NCBI GenBank assembly: GCA_963729715.1
Contig: CAVSPA010000005.1
Span: 480,001 to 544,000 of the forward strand
DNA length: 64,000 nucleotides
Source: an uncultured delta proteobacterium
GTDB lineage: Bacteria; Desulfobacterota; Syntrophia; Syntrophales; UBA2185
Direction of reading: 5' to 3'
Part shown: positions 19,994 to 28,817 of the stretch, one piece after another
How positions within the stretch are numbered: the stretch's first letter is position 1
How the letters are laid out: the number at the start of each line of letters is the position of its first letter
Made by a program: the position numbers and the translations under genes
The notes under the pieces: generated by a model
Seen by the model: the letters and a program-made list of their open reading frames with translations, nothing else
What the model was told of the DNA's origin: nothing
Databases searched by the model: none

Positions 19994-20736
19994 CGCAAAC
20001 ACTCCTGATATCCCGCCTCCTTGATGCATCTGAAAATTTCCAACGGATTGCTCTTGCAGCTCAAGTATCCATCATACAGCATCTGTCCTCTGTCCGCAGT
20101 GACATAGTCCAAAATGAAACCCGTGTGGGTTATGATGAGTCCCATCTTTGACCGCTCCGCTCGCTGTTCCTTGTGAGACTTTCCGGCGTTCTCCTTGAAA
20201 TCTCTCTGCAAGAGTGTGCTGATGGAATTTCCGATGAGGGAAATATTCTCCAGGTCTACGCCTGATTCCGGCTCATCGAATAGAAGCAGGTCCGGGTCCT
20301 GTGCCATTAACTGCAGGAGCTCGGACCGTTTTATTTCCTCTCCAGAGAAACCCGCATTGATATCGCTGTCCAGAAAGTCCGTAAAATTGACGCCTGCGGC
20401 CAGTGTTTCCGTATCAGCCTTTCCTCTTCCACATATGTCGACCATCTGTCTTGTCTTGAGTCCGTGAATCGTTGGCGGACGCTGGTAGGACATGCCAATA
20501 CCGAGTTTTGCCCTGTCATTGATGGGCATGTGTGTAATATCTTTGCCCTTGAAAAAAATCTTCCCTGCCGTAACCGTATACTGAGGATAGCCCATGATCG
20601 TCATGAGGAGCGTCGTCTTGCCTGAACCGTTCGGACCGAAAAGAATGTGCGTTTCCCCTGTTTTGATTTCCAGATCGATGTGCCTGAGAACCTCCCGGTC
20701 GCCGATCTTTACCTGTAAGTCTTCTATTATCAGCAT
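19981..20736 (-). CDS. sufC: SufC-like ABC ATPase
   Basis: GPNGSGKT, INAGFSGEEIKR, DEPESGVD, IITH; overlaps sufB start. Confidence 0.88.
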   Translation of the reverse strand: MLIIEDLQVKIGDREVLRHIDLEIKTGETHILFGPNGSGKTTLLMTIMGYPQYTVTAGKIFFKGKDITHMPINDRAKLGIGMSYQRPPTIHGLKTRQMVDICGRGKADTETLAAGVNFTDFLDSDINAGFSGEEIKRSELLQLMAQDPDLLLFDEPESGVDLENISLIGNSISTLLQRDFKENAGKSHKEQRAERSKMGLIITHTGFILDYVTADRGQMLYDGYLSCKSNPLEIFRCIKEAGYQECLRCTA

Positions 20737-20936
20737 GTTAAAACCTCCTCCTATGTTTGGAGACGGATTCTATTGTCTAATCTTCGTTATTCTCTGCCGT
20801 TTGTTGAGTGACTTGCCTTTTAATTATTATAATGTTTTAGCCTGATTTTCTCCCGTTTCCTATGCTTTTCTCTCGGGCTGTTTTCCTGTGCAAAAGTTGC
20901 AGGTCTCAGACTATATGTCCCTTGCAAGGTTAAGCA

Positions 20937-22334
20937 TTAACGGATCCTGCCTCTGGCAAGCGAAGCAAAGATGCCGCCGAAACAGAGCAGACTCAATATG
21001 ATCATGGAGCTGTGCATACTCCCCATGAACGATGGATACTCTGCCGGCGTGATGGAAACATCTCCCATGTGAAGAGCGAAAATCAGCATCACGATCCCCA
21101 TGCTCAACATTTGTCCAGTAATGCGCATCGTGGCCAGAGTTCCGGATGCAATACCATAAACCTGCTGTTCTACAGAGCTCATTATGGCATTGGTGTTCGG
21201 CGAGGAGAAAAGAGCGAAGCCTAATCCCAGCGTAAAAAGGACGCCCACAATAAATAAAATGTGTGTCTGGTTGTTAAGGAGGATCAAAAGCCCCAGACCA
21301 AAGGCCGTGATGCTCATCCCAATGGAAGCAACAATCCGCGGCTCGATCCTGTCGGAAAGTCTCCCGGCAAAGGGTGAAAAAATAGCCTGTACGACCGGCT
21401 GGGCAACAAGGATCACGCCCGCATGAAGTGGGCTGAAACCCTTGATGTATTGAAGGTAGAGACTAAGAAGGAAGGAGACGGCGAAAGTGGCGCTATAATT
21501 GATCAATGCCGCCAGATTCGAGACGAGGAAGACTGCGTTATGACGAAATAATGTGATATCGAGAAGAGGATTCTTTACCTTTCTTTCCCGGAAGGTGAAG
21601 ATAATAATCAAGATTAGGCCAATGACAACAAGACAGGTCCCGAGAGTTTGTGTCAACGAAGAAAACCCGTACATCAAAGCTGAAAGTGCAGCCATATAGA
21701 GGAATGCGCCCTTAAAGTCGAAACCTTCGTCTCTTGCTTCGGCCCATTCCGTCTTCATCTTCCAGAGCGTAAGGATTAAGATTGTTACACCGAGGGGGAC
21801 ATTGATCAGGAATATGCTGCGCCAGCCGAAATGCTCCGTAAGAAAGCCGCCAAAAAAAGGTCCGGCAGAAAGCCCTATGTAGACGGAAGCGACATTGATT
21901 CCCAGGGCGCTGCCTCTCTCACTCGCAGGAAAGACAGAGGTGAGAATGGCAATTGACGGCCCGAAAATCATGGCTCCGCCAATGCCTTGGAGGAGTCTGA
22001 AAGAGATGAGATAGTAGGATGACGCTGCAACAGCACACAAAAAGGAAGACAGTGTGTAGACGACCAATCCGATAGAAAAGACCCGCTTCCTTCCCCATAT
22101 GTCGGCAATCTTCCCGACGGGAACGAGGACTGCGGCGGCAGCGAGCAGAAAAGAATAGGCGACCCAGCCCATAAGGATGGCGCTCATGGCGAATTCTCGG
22201 CCAATTGATGGGAGGGCTATATTGATGGAAGATCCCATGAAGGGCGTAAGAAAAGACGCTGCCGTCGTAACAAGCAGGGTGACCTTCTTGTTCACATCAA
22301 GAGCCTTTCCCATGACACGCTCCTGAGTCACCAA
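20937..22334 (-). CDS. MFS drug:H+ antiporter (DHA2, 14-TM)
   Basis: NIALPSI, GKIADIWGRKR, RLLQGIGGA, WRSIFLINVP; start 22334 or 22313. Confidence 0.9.
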   Translation of the reverse strand: MVTQERVMGKALDVNKKVTLLVTTAASFLTPFMGSSINIALPSIGREFAMSAILMGWVAYSFLLAAAAVLVPVGKIADIWGRKRVFSIGLVVYTLSSFLCAVAASSYYLISFRLLQGIGGAMIFGPSIAILTSVFPASERGSALGINVASVYIGLSAGPFFGGFLTEHFGWRSIFLINVPLGVTILILTLWKMKTEWAEARDEGFDFKGAFLYMAALSALMYGFSSLTQTLGTCLVVIGLILIIIFTFRERKVKNPLLDITLFRHNAVFLVSNLAALINYSATFAVSFLLSLYLQYIKGFSPLHAGVILVAQPVVQAIFSPFAGRLSDRIEPRIVASIGMSITAFGLGLLILLNNQTHILFIVGVLFTLGLGFALFSSPNTNAIMSSVEQQVYGIASGTLATMRITGQMLSMGIVMLIFALHMGDVSITPAEYPSFMGSMHSSMIILSLLCFGGIFASLARGRIR

Positions 22335-22567
22335 TCATGCCCTCCATAAAATTTGACATTTCCCCTTTCACCTTCGCCAATCTCTTGGCAATGCAATTGG
22401 GGCATCTCGCCATGCTCCGTGTTTCGGTCCGAGCCGGAAATTATGAATGACAAATAATCATTCACAGAAGATTTGTCAATTCCCAGTTGAGATATGGGAT
22501 TGATGATGTACGAATCTGATTAACGGAATTACTGAGGCAAACGAACATTTCGATGATCAATTCCTTA

Positions 22568-22625
22568 GATTCAATTGAAGCTCTCCGCAGCAGGCTGCAG
22601 GGAATGCGCTCGCTGCCGGATTCAA
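22568..22625. repeat. Short GC-rich palindromic (REP/MITE-like) insert flanked by GATTCAA direct repeats
   Basis: GATTCAA at 22568-22574 and 22619-22625; internal GCAGC-AG-GCTGC hairpin. Confidence 0.35.
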
Positions 22626-22765
22626 GAATTCTCTCAGTCGCTGCAAATAGACTGCAGATTATGTCCAACAAGTTCACAAGTTCTATGAACGGAAGAGAAA
22701 ATAATCGCGTGTGGAAGACTGAACGGGAATTTTATAACTAAGAACGGATAGAGACGGGAAAAAAT

Positions 22766-23008
22766 TCAAATCCATGTATCTATGATTTGCCCTTTGTTTT
22801 TGTTCGGAGGACTATCAGAAGATCTGTAAGTAACAATCTGCCTTTTTGCCGGCAAAGTCTTGCCTGACTTCAGTTCGACACAATCGACAATATCATCAAG
22901 AGAAACGGGAGCAGAAGGATGGGCGACATGCTGCAGCAAGAGGATGGCTCGCTGATAGTGCGCAGAAATAGTAATGGCTATTTCATTGTTCGGTGATTTA
23001 ACATCCAT
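22766..23008 (-). CDS. Small hypothetical protein
   Basis: 80 aa; AAGGTG RBS; ends in KGQIIDTWI. Confidence 0.45.
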   Translation of the reverse strand: MDVKSPNNEIAITISAHYQRAILLLQHVAHPSAPVSLDDIVDCVELKSGKTLPAKRQIVTYRSSDSPPNKNKGQIIDTWI

Positions 23009-23311
23009 GTTTCACCTTGCAGTATAAGCAAATTAATATGACGTCATTGCGAGGTTGAGGAAATAGTCCATGTCAAATCAATGTGACCAGCTCACATTTC
23101 CATATAGATTATAGGAAAATGAAGATTGTTCGTCAAGAACAATGATAACAGGCGTATATATGCGAAGAGGTCTTTTCGGCTCTTAAACGACGGCAATGAT
23201 ACATACGGTTGATATTACTCTTATTGTTGGCAATTTTAATTACCGAAGATAAGTGCGGCCCATCAAGATTTACAATCTTTGAGAAAAGATTTATCTGCGT
23301 TTCAGCTAAGA

Positions 23312-23662
23312 TCACTCGTATTCCTTCGGCACTGCACAGATCATAACCATGGAATTCTGTTTTGACCTGTTCTTATATTGATGTTTTTCACCGGGCAGTA
23401 CGAGGGCAAAATCCCCTTTCTTCATCGGACGTTCTTCGCCGCTTTCTGTAACAAGAGCGCCTTCACCCTCTATGATATAATTTATATGCTCAAAAGGGTG
23501 GGTATGATAAGGGCTGTTACCACCTGGCATGATCGTGAATACCCTAAAAGAAAGAAGAGGTGTACCATCTGCTTTCGATATGGGCACCTGCTTCAGGATG
23601 TCCTTGGCTCCTTCCATTGCCATCTTCGTCTTCTCTACGTGATCGAGACTTGTAATTTTCAT
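23312..23662 (-). CDS. Cupin-domain protein
   Basis: SPYHTHPFEH..YIIEGEG, PGEKHQY; GGAGGT RBS before ATG 23662. Confidence 0.88.
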   Translation of the reverse strand: MKITSLDHVEKTKMAMEGAKDILKQVPISKADGTPLLSFRVFTIMPGGNSPYHTHPFEHINYIIEGEGALVTESGEERPMKKGDFALVLPGEKHQYKNRSKQNSMVMICAVPKEYE

Positions 23663-23760
23663 TAAACACCTCCGTGATAGAACCATAAACATTGGGTCAA
23701 AGTTGCGGCTACTATTTCATAAAGACTGTGCTGCGGTCAAGTAATTATAATCCTGGAAGG

Positions 23761-24774
23761 TCACAGTTCGCCCGCAAATCTGAAGGCCCGCTCAGTAAGT
23801 TCTTTCGGCATGAGTTCTGTTTTCATCTGTCTAGTAAGTTCCGGCACCCCCAACCATTGCCCTGATGCTTCAATTACAGTTTCAAAAATACCATCCTTAT
23901 TGACAACAGCTGCTCCACCGGAAGCCCAGAACAACAGCCTAGAACGGGCATTCCCTTTCACCCTATCGCCGTGCCCGAAGGCAACAACACTCTCCCCTAC
24001 GCGGATATCTCGATTAAGGGTGTAGAAGATGCGAACAGTTACGGCCCCGCTTGCAGATGCCATGAAGCCTGCCCATCCCAACGTTTCATCTATGAGAGCC
24101 ATCGATGCTATAGGATGGATGATGTTGTTTCTTTGAAAGAGACAAAAGGCTTCGCTATCTTGTGCGTCCATGCCGGCTGTGGAAACGACTATTTTTCTTG
24201 ATGGGTCATTGCTATCCAAGAGATAGAAGCGCCTCTTGAGCCCGGGGTGGCTGCGCCCTGCGCCACAGACGAAACAATTCTTGTAATGTGGGAGCAGCAT
24301 CAGTTTATTCTCTATATCTGAGATACTACTTGGCATGTATGACGCAAGAATATCTCTCTTGTAAGAGACGGCGTCTCTGTATCTGATCGAGGCCGAAACA
24401 TATGGAGGGGAATCCGGAGTGGCGGATATTATACCCACGGCTCCTCCTTCTTCCTCTGAAACCTCAACGTTCGGCCTATCCCCGATCTTCACACTTGCTC
24501 CGCCCATGCGAAAATCTACCGACAATGGATAAAGAGCTTCTGCATTTTGCGGATAGTTGCCAAGCATCGTGGCAAGCTCCATGATCGCCCCCATGCCAAT
24601 TCCCCCATGAGGTATCCCGACCCATCCTTCTGTACGCAAGTCCATGAGAAGTTCGGCACGCACGCGTTTGCCGTCTTCATGAACATCAGAACCTCCGAAG
24701 AGGAATTTCCTGACAAAATTTTGTGAATCCCCGTCATGCGGGGAACAGGAAACTTCAGGTGAATGTTGCGACAT
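23761..24774 (-). CDS. Double hotdog-fold thioesterase-like protein
   Basis: GWVGIPHGG, NCFVCG, LIDETLGW; start at ATG 24774 inferred. Confidence 0.7.
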   Translation of the reverse strand: MSQHSPEVSCSPHDGDSQNFVRKFLFGGSDVHEDGKRVRAELLMDLRTEGWVGIPHGGIGMGAIMELATMLGNYPQNAEALYPLSVDFRMGGASVKIGDRPNVEVSEEEGGAVGIISATPDSPPYVSASIRYRDAVSYKRDILASYMPSSISDIENKLMLLPHYKNCFVCGAGRSHPGLKRRFYLLDSNDPSRKIVVSTAGMDAQDSEAFCLFQRNNIIHPIASMALIDETLGWAGFMASASGAVTVRIFYTLNRDIRVGESVVAFGHGDRVKGNARSRLLFWASGGAAVVNKDGIFETVIEASGQWLGVPELTRQMKTELMPKELTERAFRFAGEL

Positions 24775-24847
24775 GATACTTCTAATAACCTCTACATCTC
24801 TTTTGGCAAAGGTATGTACATCATATCCATTGGGACTGCACGAATTG

Positions 24848-25330
24848 CTACTTGACGAATTCAATAGGTTGCGGACAGGCGGGTCCTCACGCATTGTAGT
24901 CGTAAACCATCCGTGCCCCGTAGTCGGCGCCGACAGACATGACCCCTGGGAGCGCAAATAACAAGAGCATGAATAATGCCCGACCCTTTCTCGGAAATGG
25001 TCTCGCGATGATTGCCCAGATAGTAAGGACAGCACTCACACACAAGGTCATTATCATGAAATCTTCATGTTTTTCAAGCAGGTGTCCCCGCACGGACGGG
25101 GCGAGTATTACACTCGGCTCAGCATATATACCGGTGCCGACTGCGGCGGCGGCCCCCAGTGTGCCTACGATGAGGAGGGAGAATGCGGTGGTTGCGATGA
25201 TCTCCCTTGAGCTCAGTAGCGCCAGCACATAAAAGAGTGCAGCTCCGAAGAGAAAAGCCATCGGAAAATGGATCACCAGTGGATGTATGTTTTGCAGATG
25301 CTGGATTCCCGGTAAAAGGTTTTGTATCAT
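24848..25330 (-). CDS. DUF2231-like membrane protein with an in-frame TGA at 24887-24889 near the C-terminus
   Basis: HPLVIHFP, TG..AE, GARMVY; frame continues NA*GPACPQPIEFVK to TAG 24848. Confidence 0.7.
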
Positions 25331-25439
25331 AGCGCTAACCTCATAGTTCCAACTGTTAAGAACTGGCTTCCTGCAATGTTCTTCACATAGTCTCTTTTAT
25401 CACGCGTGCCGTCTTTCTGAGTCAGGGCGCTGCTCCCTC

Positions 25440-27152
25440 TCACGGCGAACTGGAATATTCTCCCCTGGATTCACCCAAATAAAGTTTCACTTTCTCCCTG
25501 ATCACGTCAGGCAGTTTGACGCCCAGGTCCGCCAGACGCGCCTCGTATTTCATGAACGATTTGATGTGCCTGGACGTTGCCGCAAATATCCGGAAATATA
25601 TTTGGAGGCTTCCTTCGATCTCCTTGCGGAATATCATGTCTTTGTTGAGCATATCTTCTAATGGGGCGATTACCCGATAGTTTATGGGGCGGCATATTGA
25701 TCTGTAGAACACAAAACGCTGAAGTGTTCCACATTCATAATTCTTTTCCCGGATGCTTTCTTCAACAAGGTTTAGATCGACAGTATCTATAATCTGGTAG
25801 TCATATTTGTCCTTGAGTATTTCCGCAACCGTCTCCTCAGCACCTTTGAGGAAGCTGCACACCTTGCTGCCGCCGTGGCATTTGCCGTCGCATTCCCGGT
25901 AATCGCCGTCACACCGCAGATAAAGAACGAAGTCTAAATCCGAATCTGAACGCGATATGCCGAAATTGACGGAGCCCAAGACATCCATGGCAATATTGGC
26001 ATGCAGTTTATCCTCGATGAGGGAAGTGGCCTCCTCCAGGACGTCGATTCTTTCCTCCGCTTCCTGGGTCTGAAATTTTCTGTAAAACTTCTTTATCTCG
26101 TTATACAACGTTATCTCAGGGATGTGAGAATCCTTAATCTCTTTTTCATCATAATTCTTCCCGAGCTTCAGGGCGTCGTATCTCTCCCGGTCTACGATTA
26201 CTTCTCTTAATTTGCCGTCCTCCATATAATAGTCGGCTACATCATAAATCCTTCCGTTCCCGAATTTCCTGAAGATGATACTCGTAACCCGCTCATGTTC
26301 CACTTTGATAGAATAGTAAAATCCTCCTTCCGCGACATTTCCTGATGTCATGGTCACTTCTCCAAAATTGGAGGGATTAAGGTAAAGGGTATTCTCCACA
26401 AGATCGACCCCCCATCTCTGATGGATGTGACCAGTCAGGCACATCATTACCCGATTGGCCTCACAGTAGCTGCGAAGCGCCAGAGAGCCGATGGGTCCAT
26501 CTGAAGTTACCTGATCGTGGATTCCGTATGCGGGCTGATGGGTCACGATGATGTCCGGCTTTACGGCACTGAAAAACAGGTACATCTCACTGTACTTGTC
26601 ATGATACTTTACATTTCTCTGGTAATGAATCACATATCTCTCAGGGATACCGGGTGTCCAGACGGCTGCCCCGCCGTAACCGCAGATATTGAGATCACTC
26701 AGTTCATACCAGTGGAGGTGCAGGTCATGCTCACTCAAAGCCGTAAACCTGAGGTCCATGTCATAATTCCCGGGAAGGAAGAAAACCCTTGACCTCTTTT
26801 TTATGGACGCGATGCTCGCCAATACCTTATACTTTTGCTGCATAACTCTGCGGGCCCTTACCGTGTACTCCTGGTATTCGGTCCCGAGATCCTGTACGTA
26901 GTCCGAAACATCGGGCTTTTCCAGGAGCTCATCCACAAAATCCTCGATGAACATATCTTCCTTGGACATCTGCCTTCTCAAGCCGTGAAAATGTGATTGC
27001 AGTTCATGGTAGCGTATCGACGCATCCATGCTGTAGAAGGGAATGTCTATCAGGTCACCGGAGATAATATAGACGTCTGCAACCGTCTCGTTGAGGAGAT
27101 CATTCAGCCTGTCAAAGCCTCCGTGAATATCAGCTAGGTAAATAATTCTCAT
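25440..27152 (-). CDS. Calcineurin-like metallophosphoesterase fused to a Pol-beta-type nucleotidyltransferase domain
   Basis: ADIHG, SGDLID, PGNYD, THQP, GHIH; C-terminal LGSVNFGISRSDSDLDFVLY. Confidence 0.8.
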   Translation of the reverse strand: MRIIYLADIHGGFDRLNDLLNETVADVYIISGDLIDIPFYSMDASIRYHELQSHFHGLRRQMSKEDMFIEDFVDELLEKPDVSDYVQDLGTEYQEYTVRARRVMQQKYKVLASIASIKKRSRVFFLPGNYDMDLRFTALSEHDLHLHWYELSDLNICGYGGAAVWTPGIPERYVIHYQRNVKYHDKYSEMYLFFSAVKPDIIVTHQPAYGIHDQVTSDGPIGSLALRSYCEANRVMMCLTGHIHQRWGVDLVENTLYLNPSNFGEVTMTSGNVAEGGFYYSIKVEHERVTSIIFRKFGNGRIYDVADYYMEDGKLREVIVDRERYDALKLGKNYDEKEIKDSHIPEITLYNEIKKFYRKFQTQEAEERIDVLEEATSLIEDKLHANIAMDVLGSVNFGISRSDSDLDFVLYLRCDGDYRECDGKCHGGSKVCSFLKGAEETVAEILKDKYDYQIIDTVDLNLVEESIREKNYECGTLQRFVFYRSICRPINYRVIAPLEDMLNKDMIFRKEIEGSLQIYFRIFAATSRHIKSFMKYEARLADLGVKLPDVIREKVKLYLGESRGEYSSSP

Positions 27153-27190
27153 AGATCAATTTTCTTCGTCCATTTTTCGCAAGGGTAATA

Positions 27191-27406
27191 CTATTGCTGC
27201 GGCTTTTTTTCACGCGCCCTTCTTATTGTTACGGTTTCGCCGCCGATGCCCCAGTTATCCGTCTCCACTTCCTCGATTACGACAACTGTAGTTTGAGGAT
27301 TCTTGCCCAGAATATCCCTGAGCAGATTAGTCACACCGCGAATGATTTCTTCTTTCTGCGCCTTTGTGACTCCGTCTTTGGTTACTTTAACATTTACATA
27401 AGGCAT
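27191..27406 (-). CDS. 4-oxalocrotonate tautomerase family protein
   Basis: N-terminal catalytic Pro; VVIEEV..DNWGIGG; 71 aa. Confidence 0.9.
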   Translation of the reverse strand: MPYVNVKVTKDGVTKAQKEEIIRGVTNLLRDILGKNPQTTVVVIEEVETDNWGIGGETVTIRRAREKKPQQ

Positions 27407-27546
27407 GATGCTTCTCCTAATTGTTTTCTGTTGGGATAAGCTTATGAATATGATGCATTATCAGATTGGGGTTCCCGTAGATCTCTGCCACCGGGCATTC
27501 TGCAATCATCAAACTGCTGTTCAACAAGACGCCGGCAACGGATTGT

Positions 27547-27990
27547 TCACTTCAATAGGGCACGCTTTATTGCTGCGCCATCGATGCCCAGTTCCTTCTC
27601 CAATCTCTCGTTTTTCTGGCTTTGATTATATAACCAAAATAATGCGACAATGGCAATCAGGCTTTCGCCGATATATCGGCCCGTCACATATACTAAGATG
27701 ATGTTGAACAATATCAGGAAGCCCAGGGAAACGATTATATAGGTTGAATGTTTTTCCGAAACGAACCTGCTTTGCTGGCTAAGGAAAAGTATCCCGATGA
27801 GAATAACAATCGGTGTGTCATATATGATATCACCGGTTGAGCCATATGACTTGGTGTTCAATACGAGGTATAAGATAAGTACCACGTAAACTATGCCTTT
27901 CATCCTCATGACTGCTGCCTTCCACTCACCAAACCTTTGAGCGTCAGCTCCGGGAAAATCGGATGCAACCAGATTCTTAAATTTTTTCAT
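27547..27990 (-). CDS. Hypothetical membrane protein
   Basis: About 4 hydrophobic segments; GAGG RBS. Confidence 0.6.
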   Translation of the reverse strand: MKKFKNLVASDFPGADAQRFGEWKAAVMRMKGIVYVVLILYLVLNTKSYGSTGDIIYDTPIVILIGILFLSQQSRFVSEKHSTYIIVSLGFLILFNIILVYVTGRYIGESLIAIVALFWLYNQSQKNERLEKELGIDGAAIKRALLK

Positions 27991-28129
27991 CTCAGTCCTC
28001 TTCTTACTGGATATTTACCATCAAGTATAAATTCGTCTTTTCGTAACAAGGAGTTTTTCAGATATATAATTTGTAAATTGCTTCGGTAATCTGCATCTTT
28101 CCCGGAAATTTATCAAGTGCAGAATTCAG

Positions 28130-28735
28130 TCAACAGCATGCAGCGGGGGGGAAATATCGATCGACAGCTTCTTCCACTTCCGTGAGCCATCTTGTCCGCT
28201 GCTTTCGTGTACTGGTAACAATTGCGCCGAACATCCTGCGATGAATGATTTTAACCCCACAAAGGCCGAATATACAGTTTTTCCAAAGAGTCTCAAGGGG
28301 ATCGCCAAATACGTTCATCTCCCTTTCCTCCGGTGTATTGGACGTATTGAAGACGATAGCAGTATCAGCTCTCAGCAGGCCCTGGGGAATCCCTCCTCCG
28401 CCGTCACCTTCTCGAAACTCATAGGCCACTCCTGGCCTGAATACTCTATCAATCCATCCCTTCAGGATTGCCGGCGGCTGGCCCCACCAATTGGGATGGA
28501 CTATTACAAATCCTTCTGCAGAGGCCGCTTCTGAACAATGCGTTTCGATAGGCGGAGTGAGCAAGACACCCTGAGGGACTTCCCCTTCATGAAGGACAGG
28601 ATCAAACCCTTCCTCATAGAGGTCGTGAAAAATTACTTCGTGCCCATTTCTTCGCAACTTTCGCGCGGCCGTCTCAGCAATAGCCCGATTGAAACTCTCA
28701 ATATTAGGATGCGCGACAATCACCAGCATCTTCAT
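28130..28735 (-). CDS. NAD(P)H dehydrogenase (quinone), flavodoxin-2 family
   Basis: AHPN..SFN, HDLY, PNWWGQPPAILKGWIDRV. Confidence 0.9.
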   Translation of the reverse strand: MKMLVIVAHPNIESFNRAIAETAARKLRRNGHEVIFHDLYEEGFDPVLHEGEVPQGVLLTPPIETHCSEAASAEGFVIVHPNWWGQPPAILKGWIDRVFRPGVAYEFREGDGGGGIPQGLLRADTAIVFNTSNTPEEREMNVFGDPLETLWKNCIFGLCGVKIIHRRMFGAIVTSTRKQRTRWLTEVEEAVDRYFPPAACC

Positions 28736-28817
28736 TAATCTTAACCCTTTTAGGTTTGAAATAATGCGATTCTTGCAGACCTCGTGCTGCCTGATGGAAC
28801 AACGGCAGACGTGGAGT

